Positions 23,532-37,618 of a stretch of DNA of 64,000 bases are shown here, piece by piece. The notes beneath the pieces were generated by a model, which worked only from the letters and a program-made list of their open reading frames with translations, was not told where the DNA came from and searched no databases. The DNA comes from Podarcis vaucheri (taxonomy: Eukaryota), in the NCBI GenBank assembly GCA_965113315.1, contig OZ220367.1, one strand, 5' to 3'. Position numbers and translations under genes: made by a program. The stretch's first letter is position 1; each line of letters begins with the position of its first letter.

Positions 23532-26500
23532 CACAACCCCACACCAGAGGTGCCACCTTCTGCAGAGGAGGGCCCCCTGAACATTTTGAAGGGGCCTGGC
23601 CCCTTCAAAAAATAGATCAGGGAGCCGCAGTGCCTCAGCCCCCAGGAGCAGGCACCCTTGTATTCCATAAAGCTGTCATCTGCACATGTGCAATGACTTT
23701 CTCAAAGTACACAACTCTGTTCAACTGTGCTTTAAGTTTTCATATTGGAAGCTGGTTTGAGGGGGAAAGTATTTCTTCAATAAGCTACACGATACCTATG
23801 CATCGTGGCTCAAGTGGCTTCAAACACAAGTGGTAGGAGAATATTGGAGCACAAACCACCAGAAGGCTCCTCCATTTTAAAACAACACACTTTGTGCATC
23901 TCTTGATAATGGCTTTCAGGTAGTTTTCAAAACTACAAAACAAGTATTGCAAACACACATAAGACATTTTGACTAGAGAATTAAGAATCTGCTTTAAGGA
24001 GCAAACAATGGCATTCTTCTGTCACTAGATACTTTAATTTTAATATTTTTAGTTTAGTGGGGAAGGGGGGGAGAGAAACATGCTTTCAGACTTTTCAATA
24101 GTTCTTTTGTTAAAGCATCCATTACTCACATAATTGAAAAGATGTTTGTTCAGTGGCATGCTTGAGAGTACAGTTATTTAATCTTAATGATAAAGCCCCG
24201 AGGACAGAAATATAAGTAGAAACCCTCTTGTTATTTATCAAAGAAGGAAAAAATGCCAAGGCAAATAATTGATTCTCAAACTCTCGCTTGGTGGAAAACT
24301 CACAATGAAATTCACAAATTGCAAAGGTTTTCTTAGAGACAGTTAGAGGCCCTGCTGCCAAAAGTCAGTTCTAGTGCTACTACAGGCCTGAGGTGATCAA
24401 TAATTATTATTTTAGTTAATAAGATTTTAAGTTACATTTGGGTCTGTACAAATGGACCACTATGGGAATGGTGGAGGTTCCCTTCATTTGCAGACTGGTA
24501 ACTGTCTTCTGACGCAAAATAAGCTGCTGTTTGTATAGGTTTATCAATATGGCGGCATTTGAATGAGGATCAACTGTCCACTTACTCCTCACACACCCAC
24601 ACAAAAAATCCCTGAAGCAGTTTTGAAGCTGTTTTTAAATATTTATGTTTGTTTAAAAGGGGACAGATGAATATATAAACGGATAAATATACATATGGCT
24701 CTTTGAAAAATAAAAAAGGCAGGCATGTGGAGAGGAGCAAGACTGGCTGATCTAGCATCTGATTTGCTGGTATGCAAGTATATCATGCAGACTGTGAAAC
24801 GGGAGAAGCCCATATTGTAAGGGAAGAAAATTGTTGCATCTTCTCCTGTTATATTATGCCTTTCTTCACTCTTATTTAATATATGACCGTCATGTACCAC
24901 AGATGGCAGTTCTGTTGTACAAAAATGGCTTTATGTCTCTGAACCTTACTTCTGTTTTGTTATTCCCAATGGCCAATACAAATAAATTTAGGCAGCAGTC
25001 TTATTCTCATTAAACTCAGCGAGGCTTACTTCTGAGCAAATTTACTTCCTAGAAGAAACACAGGAGAGTGGGGGAGAGAATTGCTCTAGCAAAAGAAAAA
25101 TCTTTTCTTTGATGCTTTCTTGCTTTCTTTTTGGTTAAACAAAGAACTAGCTGAAGTTTCCAGTATGGAACAAGACCTGGTTAATTTTTGCCTCGGGATG
25201 TTTTCAACAACCTGAACCCCAAACCTCCTATTAATTACAACCTTTAGTGAAGGGAAATAAAATATTTTTTAGATAGATGGTATAATAGGTTTTTCTATTG
25301 CCCCTCTGGACAGGATGTTAGTGCTTGCAGATGCTCCTGAAATGTACACTTCTACAAAGTTCTCTCTAAATACTTTAAGCAAAGAAAAGAAAAACAAATA
25401 ACATTTTGGTTGGACTATTGGACTCTCTTGTGTATGAAATTTCCTCACAGAATACGTATATGCCTTTAAAGCTGTTTCAGGAACCTGCTTCCAATGCCTT
25501 ATTTTGACCTAACTTGGTTTTGTGAGTAAAAATAGATTTCGCTTTTCATATTATCAGGATGGGGATATTGGAATATGAGATGTGTTTTTCCCCCTCATGA
25601 AATAATCTTACAAGCACTTCAGCTGGACATTTTTTTGTTCCGTAAAAGCAAGCATTTGAACTGTTCAGATACATTACAAATGACTGATTTAAGACCAAGA
25701 CAGGATCCATAGTTTTTAAGGAGCATGAAGACCCAGCAGCCGTAAGGCTGCAGAAAGGCCTCTGACTTGTTCTCTAAAGTATCAGGTTACATTTTAAAAT
25801 ATAATAAACCTCTTGCTGTTATGGCTGTGGAATGAGGCCTTTTAAACCAAGGAATCAGTGTAACCAATAAAAAGGACCATCTGTCTGAGAATGCAGGGAG
25901 TCTGTAACAATAGCTTTAAGGTGTCAAGTGCCCCATTCATTTCAATAGACTCTAATCCAGATGCCTATGATATTTTAAATGTCAACATTGTTAACTGACA
26001 TCGCTGCTTATTAGAGCATGTAAGAAAGGAAAATAACCACCCCAATGTGAATGACTCTTCCAACTTGTCCCAAAGTGGAAGAAATTTCACAAAGCACTAG
26101 AGGAGATGATAATTTTGATAGCATGGAAAGAGATAATATTCAAAGGTACCAGTTTCTCTCTCTTTCTTTCTTTCTCTCTCTCCCCCCCTCCCCTTATGGG
26201 ATGGATGGATGGGCTGCATGAGATGAAAAATACTTTATTATCCTGTAAAAAAAAAAGACTTAGCAGAGCTTGTGTTTCCCAAGTTTGGGGGATTGAAGTA
26301 TAGTGAAGAAACCGGAAAGAAAGGTTGTCTAAATTTAGGCAAATAAGATAATGTATTAACCATCAACCATGGACACCCACCCACACCCAGAAGTCATCTT
26401 AAAACTTTACTGTGGAAAAATTGAATGCAGACAACCAAGAAATTCTCTTATGAAATTATAGGGGAAACCAAGGCCAACCAGGCTCCTTTATGAGTTTGGG

Positions 26501-26835
26501 TTAGAAAATACATCAGACCGACAGAACCAAGACTTCATGGTCTTTGCTGACATGGACTTTTTTTTTAAAAAAAGAGCTGAAATTGTATTTTTTAAAAAAC
26601 TGTGTTGTCTAGAAATAAAGAAACAAACAATAAAGTTTCAAAAAACACTCCTCAGAATTTGGGTCTGCAAATTATTATTGCTGTTAGAATTTGTATACAG
26701 CTCTATACTTGCATGTTCTCTGAATATTGAAATGCTTATCAAATATCTGATATTTGTATTTTATGTCCTATGGTATTTGATTTCAGTATAATACATTTGA
26801 GTCTGAGATTTTATTTCAATCTTTCAAATTTGACA

Positions 26836-27005
26836 GATGGTGTTGGACAGCTTTTGCTAGTTGGGATGCAATGGTATTTAGTACTTGATAACTGGCATGC
26901 AATGGTATTTAATATTGGTGTTTCACAGTTGTTATGCAATGGTGTTTGACACTATTTGATAGTTGGCATGCAATGGTATTTAGCATCTGACAGTATTTGA
27001 CAGCT
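26836..27005. repeat. Degenerate tandem repeat of an atgcaatggtattt-containing unit (four copies, ~30-37 bp period)
   Basis: atgcaatggt(a/g)ttt recurs four times between ~26866 and ~26981, with tttgaca/tttgata spacers. Confidence 0.7.
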
Positions 27006-27542
27006 TCTGCTGATCAGTTTTCATTTCTGAGGCCTGCCAACTCAAATCAAGAGATGCCAAAGTCGAAACCACTTGAGTTTTGAGGGGAAACCATTCAAAA
27101 TACAAACTGAAATTACAAGGGCAAATGCATGCTTTCAGAATTAGAATGGAAGAATTGGCAAATGTGAATATTTACAAATATTTGCTTCAGTTCTACATTT
27201 TTATTTACATCTCAATTACATCATCCATACATACACCTAAACATTTTTCACTGAAAGCAAGCTTCTTGCAAGGTATTCCATATGGTGGAAGTAAAGACTC
27301 CTAATGCCATCCATTGACATCCAACCCCTACAATCTACATGCATCGTATACCTAAGCTCTTTTTCTTCCTTCCTACTCAAATGGTTACCACAGAGTCTTA
27401 TATATTATTTCTTAGAGGCCAGCCCCTCTGAGTTCACAATGGGGCTTATTCTTAAATTATACAACTGCCACCACAATTTACTGAATCAGCGACATACAAT
27501 TTTGAATTGATTCAGCCAGTTTAGTTATTTAGTTATTGTTTA

Positions 27543-27707
27543 GGTAACGGTAAAGAGACCCCTGACTGTTAAGTCCAGTCACGGACAACTCTGGGGTTGC
27601 GGTACTCATCTTGCTTTACTGGCCGAGGGAGCCGGTGTTTGTCCGCAGACAGGTCATGTGGCCAGCATGACTAAGCCGCTTCTGGCGAACCAGAGCAACA
27701 CACGGAA
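27543..27707 (-). mobile_element. Sauria SINE 3' fragment (subfamily 2)
   Basis: ggtaaagagacccctgac...ggtcatgtggccagcatgactaagccgcttctggcgaaccagagc matches the 54194 copy. Confidence 0.88.
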
Positions 27708-28089
27708 GCTCAGTTAAATATAGGAAGACCACCTGATGCTCAATTCAATATAATTCAAAATCGGTCGTCAGTTTTATTACCTAGGAGGTAGAAGAGTCAC
27801 AGAGTTTAGCCCTCAGGTTAAAGCTGTAACATCTATGACAGTGTTAGATCTGTTTGTTGCAGCTTTTGTTGGCTTACTTATCTGCAATATGTAAAAATTC
27901 TCATTTTGACATGTAAATAAGTGCCCTATTGCTCCACCTGGATTTTAAATGTATTTGTTTGGGACAAGGAAAACACACATACACACAAACATTTTGATTC
28001 CACAACTGACATGATAGGGTTGAATACATCACATTTAAATATTTGTATTAATGAAGTAGTGAACACAACTTGGGCCAATCACTGTCTGA

Positions 28090-28200
28090 CAATCTAACCT
28101 ACCTCCATTGGGTCATTGTGAGGATAACATGGAGAAGGAGAGAACCACGTATGCTACTTTGAGCTCCTTGAAGGAAATGGTGGGATACAAATGTAATTCA
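28090..28200 (+). mobile_element. CORE/MIR-like SINE 3' part
   Basis: ctaacctacctc...ttgtgaggataa...ttgagctccttgaaggaaatggtgggatacaaatgtaa. Similar to 55437-55625. Confidence 0.6.
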
Positions 28201-29461
28201 AAAATATGTGGAACCATGGAAGCATGTGAAGGGAAAGATCTAACAGCCCTCTGGTTCTGTTGCATGCGTGGATTGTTGTGATTTCACACTTCAGCAAGTT
28301 CAAATGTGCAACCTATAACTTGTGTGTGATTTACTCCCTGCTCAAATGCTGGCTATTGCCCGATAATGCCATGGGTTTTGTACAATAGATGTCACAACAT
28401 TATGGAGTATATGCGTGGCAGGTTTCAGTTCTGCTGAGAAGTATCCTAACAATTTTGACACTGCTGTCACCTAATATAAAAAATGGTCAGTAACAGACAC
28501 AAAGCAGACATTTGGAATTCAAGTAGTCCAAGATACCCTGATTACTAAGACATCTTAAAACACAACATTTTTATGACTAAAGTTTGACACAGGGACACAA
28601 AGTCTGCAATGTCCTATACAGAATGATGTTGTAGAAGAGGTATCTGTCCCTTTAAGGGTGGGTGGGGAACTGACAGGAAATAAAGATCAGAGCAGGGAGC
28701 TTCAAGTGAGAATATAGCTGTCATAAGGCCCAAATTGCAAGTTACATTAAACGTGTAGTATGGTGTTGCGTGCTTCTTTTTTCAGTGTTAAACAGCAACT
28801 CTGTGTATGATCAAGAATGAGAATGCAGAGCATGAAGAGAGACCTGATGAAATTCCTCTCCCATAGCTGATATTTGGCCCAGGAAAGAAGCTATCATTTG
28901 CACCAACAGCAGCTTTTAGGGGTTAGGGAGAAGGGTTTTCATTGGGGCCACAGTGCAGGGAGAAAGGGTTAAAACCACCCCACATGCTGCAGCCCTGATC
29001 TCTTCTGGCAGTTGCTCTTCAAAGTTGAAGTGTGCATGGCTAAACTACATTTTTGTTCTCAGTGGGAGATAACTCTGTGAGTTTCTCCAACCAGAAACTG
29101 AGGGGTGGCAGTCTATTGGGCGTCTGCTGCCAGGAAAATGGCTCAAATGGGTTTTGAGATTCACCTTTCATACATTTTAACTATCCTAGGATAGAAAAAT
29201 AAAGAGCATCTAATACTGTGCATGGATGTGCCTATGTTGTAGAGATGTGTGTGGTGTGTGTGTGTGTGTGTTTCTTTGTGCGTGTGTTTACTAGCTTTCC
29301 TTAAACCATTCTTGAGCTTTGGCATCTCTACTAGTCATCTCAATACTCTCTGTCAGGTGGAGTTACAACTTTTCAGATTTACTTCTCTGGAAGGGAATAC
29401 ACAATCAGTCAAGGGTGTGAGGAGTGGACCTTCCTGGACAGACAATTTATAGAAGAACATA

Positions 29462-29784
29462 CAGTGGTGCCTCGCAAGACGAAAAGAATCCGTTCTGTGA
29501 TTATCTTCGTCTAGCGGTTTTTTCGTCTTGTGAAGCAAGCCCATTGACAGATTAGTGGATTAGCGCTATTAGCGGCTTAGCAGCTTATCGGATCAGCTGA
29601 TAAGCGGCTTAGCGGCTTAGAAAAAGGGGGGGAGGGGAAAAACCCGCAGGAACTCGCAAGATATTTTTGTCTTGAGAAGCAAGCCCATAGGAGATTCGTT
29701 TTGTGAAGCACCTCCAAAACGGAAAACTCTTTCGTCTTGCAAGTTTTCCGTCTTGCGAGGCATTCGTCTTGCGGTGCACCACTG
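29462..29784. mobile_element. Tc1/mariner (pogo/Tigger-like) MITE, family B
   Basis: TIR cagtggtgcctcgcaagacgaa / ttcgtcttgcggtgcaccactg with TA TSDs. Internal ttcgtcttg and gcttagc repeats. Confidence 0.88.
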
Positions 29785-29860
29785 TATAACCTTAATGTGT
29801 AGTCTGTTTCGTTTTTAATTACATTTTGTTTAGGAAATGTGAGGTCACAAACACATCATG

Positions 29861-29867
<7 letters not shown>

Positions 29868-29911
<44 letters not shown>
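29868..29911. repeat. (AG)22 microsatellite
   Basis: Read directly. Confidence 0.95.
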
Positions 29912-29913
<2 letters not shown>

Positions 29914-30858
29914 AGTTCCCTAAACAAAAACCACAACTTCCTGCTCATTTACAGCATCATGTCTATTTACTCAGGGAAACAAAAATCATCCATTGCGTAT
30001 TTTGTGCAGGGGTAAAAAACAAACAAACAAACCCCTGACTCACTTTAACTGGCACTGAGTGAAAACTGCATCTGATCTGATATCAATATCCTTAGAACAC
30101 ATTGCAAATAACACGGTTCTATGAGAAAACTAACCATTTTCAATTATTTCTAAATCCCAGATGACCTAACATAGAAATGCAGGATCTTGACAGCGCACAA
30201 ATCAGAAATCCAGGTTTGTGTTTTTGCAGTACTAAAGTCAGTCCATGCTGTCTTTACTTTATGTGATCAGCCACTGTAATTCTACAAGAACTGTAGCCTC
30301 CTGATAAAATAATAACAACTTGCACACTTTGTATGTGTTGAGTCACGTACATAGCAACAGCTCCACAATGGGAAAACATTAATGCTTTTTATATTGGTAA
30401 TCATCTGTAACATGAGCAATTAAGTACAGTACTAATGGACTATTGCCAAGAGCTGGTACTAATATTAACAACTGACAGAGATGAATAGGTTTGCAAGCCA
30501 AACTGGGCTGACAAGGACATTTTTATGAAGTGCTTGGACTGATTTGATTTAAACCAATCAGAGAGGCAGGTTTAGACCAGCCAGCCCTACAGCGACAATA
30601 ATGCATTCATGGGCATTATACGATTCCTGCTATGCTTTAAATAAAAACATCCATTGATTCTCGGCTCAAAGCAACCAGTGCTTGCATTATTGCACTCATT
30701 AATAAGGCAAAAGGACGCTTAGAATGCATATCCAAAATAACACTTAGTGAACCCACTGGCAACAACACTTTGTTTTAAAAATGAAAATGTTTACTGGAAG
30801 TGAGCCACTTGCAATTTAAAAAACCAAATATGTCAATAACGCACTGAAATCATGCTTA

Positions 30859-31217
30859 AAGGTAAAGGTAAAGATACCCCTGCCCATACGGGCCAGTCGT
30901 GTCTGACTCTAGGGTTGTGCGCTCATCTCGCTCAAGAGGCCGTGAGCCGGCGCCATCCGAAGACACTTCCGGGTCACGTGGCCAGCATGACGAAGCTGCT
31001 CTGGCGAGCCGGCACCAGAGCAGCACACGGAAACGCCGTTTACCTTCCCACTATAAAGCGGTACCTATTTATCTAGTTGCACTTAGGGGTGCTTTCGAAC
31101 TGCTAGGTGGGCAGGAGCTGGGACCGAACGACGGGAGCTCACCCCGCCACGGGGATTCGAACCGCGATCGGCAAGTCCTAGGCACTGAGGTTTTACCCAC
31201 AGCGCCACCCGCGTCCC
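30859..31217 (-). mobile_element. Full-length Sauria SINE (subfamily 1)
   Basis: Reverse 5' end gggacgcgggtggcgctgtggg, (ACCTTT)n tail, 12-bp TSD aaatcatgctta (30847-30858 / 31222-31233). Confidence 0.93.
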
Positions 31218-31397
31218 TTTTAAATCATGCTTAGCCCTTCTTTATTTGAAAGGGGGAACACACACTGATTTTTGAAAGGGGAGCCCACAGAGAGCGCTTT
31301 TTCATGTCAGACCATCTTCCCTGTCACTGTCATTTTCTACTAGTAGCAGTTCTTCAGCATCTCAGGCAGACATCCTTCCTGGTCCTGACACCTGAGA

Positions 31398-31541
31398 TCA
31401 TAGAATCATAGAGTAGTAGAGTTGGAAGGGATCATGAAGATCATCTGGTCCAGCCCCCTGCAAGGCAGGAATCTTTCGCTGAGCATGGGGCTCAAACCCA
31501 CAACCCTGAGGGTAAGGGTCTCATGCTCTACCAACTGAGAT
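31398..31541 (-). mobile_element. tRNA-Lys-derived SINE with CR1-type tail, apparently nested in an older degraded tRNA-SINE (~31340-31620)
   Basis: tcatagaatcatagagtagtagagttggaaggg...ggtctcatgctctaccaactgag is the reverse of the 38120 copy. Confidence 0.78.
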
Positions 31542-34081
31542 ATCCTTCTATCCATTTGTTAAAAACAGCGTGGATTACACGTGAGATTTGGGGCGTGCAA
31601 AGCATGCTTGAGCCACAGTACTGTTCCTATCTAGTCCAAATTGTTACTAACGGATAAATCAAACCTGCAGAAAACTGTGTCAACTGCAACTCAACTGCTA
31701 ATACGGTTTTTAGGTGCCAGTCAACCTCTGCCAATTTTGTTTGTTTACAACTGCTTTCGTTGAAAAAGAACAGTTCTGCAACCTAGACAAATGGATTCAA
31801 TGGCCTTTCTTTCTAATAGTTTATTCAAAACGTTTTGCAAAATGCCATCTAACGTTGCTAGGCAAGGCCTCCAAATTTCCAAATTTCTTTCCAAATTTCC
31901 TATTACATTTTAAATCCGGTCTCATCTACAAAGTAGGCCTTATGCTGCTTAACTGAAGTGTGAAAACTGCAGCTTACTTTGCTACCACTTTAGGAAAACC
32001 TGCCTGAAATACAAACTTCTGTTGATGGGGGGAGGGGGAGAGCAGAAACCAAGAGACATCAAGAAGCCAGAAAACGTCCACCTGTAAAGTTAATATTCCT
32101 GTCTGAGAAAGGTAGGGTCCAATTCACAGAAGCAACAGCACCAACAAGCCCACTGCTTTGTTCCCAGTTCTCACAAAGCAAGAGAACAGAAGCATGAGTA
32201 ACAAGAACAGAAGCGCCAAAGTTTGGGAGAAAGAATTCTAGGCATGGCCAGACAACCTTTGCCCCACAAACGCATCCTGGCATGATCAATGGTAATTCAT
32301 GCTCCACTCATTATCTATTGGGGGGTGAGAGGGTATTTGGACCAATCAACCCTTCCTCCGCCTATCTACACCAGCACTGATTTGCAATGAGTAACAAAGA
32401 TTGCATTAAAACCACAAAGTGTGATTCCATGGCCACTTTTCTTCTCCTAGAAAAAACAATCAAGGCCACAATCTGGAACGGGGCCAAACATCAGGGTGAC
32501 AGCGACACCTTGGCTACTATTTGCCTCTGAAGTTGCTCTCCATGTAGCTGCTTTTTCTAGAAAACTAGGTGGCCAATGAAGCATGCTTTTTTAAAAAATG
32601 TGCTCAACACAACTTGTCGCTTGATCCTGAAATGGAGACTACACTCAAATGTCCCTCACAGCAGTCACCATCCATGTGGGCACTAACACTGCCTCTCCTG
32701 TATAGGGAGATTGCGAAAGGCGGTTTGTATGCAATTGAGTTATAGACAAATTTTAATTAATGCACTTAAATTAGTCGAGTCCATTGATTTCAATGGGTCT
32801 ACCCTTGAGTATGACTTAGTTGGATACCACACTATGTTCTTTTTCTCCCAAGCCATTTTCTTTGCCTCCCAAGAGAGGCAAAATCCCATGGAAATCAAGG
32901 TGACAAGGAACCAGCTAACCTCCATGGGATTTAATGGGACTTGCCTAAACTAAAATTCTCTAAACTGTGCTCACTGGCTATGATCCAAAGAGTCTGTTTA
33001 CTTTGACTCATATTATTCAGTGGGATCAACTGAGAACGGCCAACTCTTAATGTGGATTGTCCATAATTTGTACGGTTCCATCCAAGCTCCCACGCTAGAA
33101 GACATTTACTTACCTACCTGTAAGACTAATCAGATTTTCACTCTGGAATTTAAAATGAACAATAGTCCTATACAGAATATGGCTGGCACCTCACTTCTTT
33201 CAGTCTGGCTAGCAGTTAACACTTTAGAAAAGACACGTATGTTCAACGTATGTCAAAAAAGCATTGCAATGCTATAAGATGGTGATAAACAAACACTCTC
33301 TTGGCCCCTACAGGAAACTAGTTAGTGATCTGGAGCATGAGATCATATTGCTCATTTCAGAGCTTGAAAGCACACATATTTTATTAATGGCCGTATTTTC
33401 TCAAAATTCTTTTAAGGAAGCATCACAACCGTATCATGTTATCCGATGTACGCTGGATACCCAACCTTTGGAAACTATTATTAACTCAGAAAGGGTACAA
33501 AATCAATGTTTATAAAACAGCAACTCTGCTGCACTTTAGAAAGATAAATGGTTGTCAGCTGCAAGAAGAAAGGAGAGAAGAAAACATTAAAGGAATATGG
33601 AAGAAATGTCCCCCCCCCCCCGTTACTTATAATGGGAACATCCCACTAATCTGAAGACAGCCACACATTGCTTTATTTGCATTTATCTGCAGAGTGGTTT
33701 TTAAAAGACAAAAAACAACAACAACAAAAAACCAGCCAAAGCAGTTAAGATATGATCATTTTGTCCATCATCAAACTATCATCTGTTTTGCTCGTCAGTT
33801 ACAGCTTCTATATTATAGAAGCTTTGGTAAAACAAGGTATGAAGAAGAAAGGAATCAGAGCCCCCGATTTATTTGTTTTGCAATCGGAGACACACACTGG
33901 TTTAAATTACAGCATATTACAGGACTAAACTGGTGATGGAATATTTACTGGGCCTTTTGTAAGAGGCCTTCTTGGCTCTCCCCCCCCCTCTCTGCCCCCA
34001 TTTCTTTACAAAAGGCTTTGAAGTCCCTTCAAATTAATTTTTCTCCTTTATTAAACAAGCATTTCATATTTGTTATCTTAC

Positions 34082-34179
34082 CTTTCATAATGTCTACGAG
34101 TACACGTGGCTGCACTTGTGCTCCCAGGGTTACCACCTAATTCATCATAAATATGTTTCCATTGTCGGCGGGCTGTTAT
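34082..34179 (-). CDS. ARID5B: ARID5B exon 8 equivalent (98 nt): ITARRQWKHIYDELGGNPGSTSAATCTRRHYER
   Basis: Acceptor ttttacag|ATA ACA and donor GAA AG|gtaaga. Encodes the ARID core peptide. Confidence 0.97.
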
Positions 34180-35608
34180 CTGTAAAAGTGGCAATGGAAA
34201 ATTTAATCTTGCATCTTTACAGATATTTGTGTGTGTGCAGCGTTTAAATTCACAGCAACAAATGTATATGTGAGACATTTAGAACGCCATGTACTACAAG
34301 CATTGTTAAATCCCCTGTAGAACGGATTGAATATGTATCTATGGCTCTTTTAAAAGCAAAAGAGAGAGAGACATTTTTCACATTTGCTTCACATAAACCT
34401 TTCTCTTTTTTTTGTACAATTGGGTTTTACTGCTGTCTCATTATCAAGCAATTTTGCTATTTTGTGTGTACGATTTCTTGAAAAGGAACTTCAATCAATT
34501 GAGGGCCATTAAGCATCAAAATGTATGCAGACAAATCCCTTGGTAAATTATGAAAATGAATCTCAAACTAAGCACAAATAATGATTACATAGTTATTTTA
34601 ACTGAGTTAGTGAAAATGAATCCATTGCAAACCCTTAATCCATCACAGGCTCCCCTAAATCCACATAGACTCACAGCCTGTAACTCTATATGTTACAAGC
34701 TGTTTATTTTCATCCGTCTGCGTCAGTAAAATATATAGTTCAAATGGTAGTGAAATCCAAACACTATCCAATGTTAATATCTGAGTTATTTGGCTAAATG
34801 GAAGAAAATAAACATCTTATAAAATATTAACTTGCAAGTTATGTTTTTTTGGTGGGGAGGAACGTTGCACAGAAAAATGGGGCCAAAAGAATAATAGATA
34901 CAAGACCTGGCAAAATAATTGTTCTGAATTCCACTTCATTATTTTCTATAGTCTTAACAGGAAGAAAAACAGGAACCTGAGAGGCAAAGCATGGTAATAG
35001 TCAACCTTTTTCTGCATGCAATTTAAAAAGTGGGGGCATGTTGTGGGAAATTGCTTGGAAAAGATGTTTTAAAAATAAATTCTGAGTGAATTTTGTCATT
35101 TTTGTGGAATGCTGTGGTGCTTAATAGAGAGTCCCACAGAATTCTTTACAGTTACCCACAGTGCTGCTGATGAAGTTCACTAAGGAGCCAAAGGCAGCAA
35201 TCAAAAGAAAACAAATATCAAAACTTGCAATCTGGGGGCCTGTAATTTTAATCTTAAAAAGAGCAGATGAGTGGAGCAGTTAAATATTATAGGGTAAATG
35301 ATGCTTTTCCTGCTCTGCATAAAGATAAAATGCTTCCTTTTCAGAAACCCAGCTTCAAAGGCAAAAGACATGTTATTTGGTAATGTTATAATTTCAGAGA
35401 AACATCCTTGAAGCTTATCTTTGTTTTGTTCTCATTAGACATAACCACCGCCTACTTCTAGATGCCGATTAAATCAAAAATGCCTATTTGTTCATCAGTA
35501 GTATGAAATAACCTAAAACCTTGATAAAACTGTCTTCTGTGTGGGGAAATTAAATATTCAGTTACAACTTATCTGCAAAGCTGTTTTGGTTTTTTTCCCC
35601 AACTTAAA

Positions 35609-35803
35609 GGACTGTAGAAATGGCATGTACACACACCCGGATCCCACGATCCTCCCTCCACACGCTGTGGGGATATTGTGTGCAAAGAAACAAGGGCTCC
35701 TGGCGCACAATATCCCACCAGATCTAGAGTGCATGGGGCAAAACTGGCAAATCCAGGACTCCCATATGGGGAGGTGCACACAAGATGGCTGATCTACAGA
35801 CCC
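35609..35803. mobile_element. Degraded Harbinger-like palindromic element
   Basis: Ends ggactgtaga / tctacagaccc. Internal inverted repeat gggatattgtgtgc / gcgcacaatatccc. Confidence 0.45.
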
Positions 35804-37119
35804 ATTTCTGCACACACCACAGACAGAAATGGGCACAGTGGCGCAACAGGGCAGATTAGCCAAGAGGCAGGCATGGAACAAGAACATTGTGTTTTGATTA
35901 TCCCTGGAGGTTGAAATCGCTCTTGCGGTAGGTACGAGAGAGTGTTCATTCAAGCCCACTATGGCTCAGAGAAATGAAGTGACAAGGAAGTCAGTATTAA
36001 CCCGTCTTGGATTCTGTGCCAAGCGTGACTAGTTTTGAAGATCAAGGTGGAAAATGGCTGTTTGGTTGGTCTCACTGCACTTATTCAGTTAAAAGTGAAT
36101 AACCCAAATGTAAATGCACACTTTTAACAGAATGGATGCTCCTCTCCCCCATCTGTGAGCATTACAATTTAAGGTGTGGAAATGTTTAATAGAACACTTC
36201 TCTCTTTTTTTACTAATTCAGATTCAGTTTCTCTTGGCAGTCATGCCTGCTCTGAAATCAATAGGCCAGCACCACTTATTTACCATAGTGATTATGCTAA
36301 GTTATGCTGACGTGGTGATGAAAGACCCAGTTCCTGGAAGTCTTGACACCATGCCTTATTTAAAATTTTTAAAAATAAGGCCTAACGCGCGATGTCATAA
36401 TCTTCTTAAAGGATATGAACGAAGCAAACTTTTTTTCTGGAAAGTTCAGAAATCCCTGCCACCATTATATTTAGGGCATGATTGCTCACAAATCGACACT
36501 AGATTTTCCTTCCATTAGCAGCCTTTTAACAAAGTCTTTCCTCCATTTTTCCTTTGTGCTAGTGCGATATGGGGAGCAGACATACCGTCAGGATCCCTAC
36601 CGCTGCCCCCTGCTGCTCTCCGACTATTCTGTATTCCACTCCAAACTAACACAGTGCAACTCTACAAGTCAAATTCAGCCCACTAGCCAAGTAGAGCATC
36701 ACACCAGGGGCTCAGTGAGCTTACTGCTTTGCCGCTTGTCTGGAATTGCAAAAACATGGACTGTCTCAAACACCTGGCAGGCCAAGCTACTAATACTTGA
36801 CAAGCTCCATTTGGTTTGATGGGCCACAAGTTGTGCTCAGCTGTTCTATACAAATTTCACTTTCATACTGGAAAATGCAGTATGCTTCCAACTGTTGTTT
36901 AAAGTTTGGACAACTTATTGCTAGATAAAAGTGTCATTTTCCTTCTATCGTAAAAGGCTTCTTCAGTGCAATCTTTGCTCGAAGCTGCAATGGAAATGCC
37001 AAGCTCATATTCTGTCTTCCCATATTAATACAGACAATAACCCATTCATTGCAATGTTATTGCAATGTTTCCCTGTTTCCACTGCAACGATACCAAAGAA
37101 CAGTGAACTTTATCTAGGT

Positions 37120-37255
37120 CAGGCATGGCCAAACTTGGCCCTCCCGATGTTTTGAGACTACTGTTCCCATCATCCCTGACCACTGGTCCTGTTAGCTAGG
37201 GATGATGTGAGTTGTAGTCCCAAAACATCTGGAGGGCCAAGTTTGGCCGTGCCTG
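37120..37255. mobile_element. Near-perfectly palindromic 136-bp hAT-type MITE
   Basis: TIR caggcatggccaaacttggccctcc / ggagggccaagtttggccgtgcctg with a perfect TSD atctaggt. Confidence 0.92.
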
Positions 37256-37454
37256 ATCTAGGTGATCAATATTCTTCCCATGGTTAAATTTAAGTAATTA
37301 AAGTGTGCCTTCTGGAAACCTGGTCTTAAAAGACTATAAAGAGAACACCACCTGTAATGTTCATTTTTGATATTTGATTCAAGACAATCTGTTCTAATTC
37401 ATGTGTGTCCCTCTGTTTCTGCTTAAAGGTGCAACAATATTTGCACATGGTATC

Positions 37455-37618
37455 TGTAGCAATGGAAGGGACCCCAACGGTCATCCAGTTCAACCCCCTG
37501 CTATGCAGGAATCTCAACAAAGCATCCATGACAGCTGGCCATCCAACCTCTGCCTCCATGGCTGGAGAGTCCACCACCTCTCATGGCAGTCTGTTCCACT
37601 GCTGAACAGCTCTTACTA
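37455..37618 (-). mobile_element. CR1 LINE 3' fragment
   Basis: ggaagggacccc..ggtcatccagttcaacccc...ggccatccaacctctgc...gttccactgctgaacagctcttact is typical of a reversed CR1 3' end. Confidence 0.7.
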
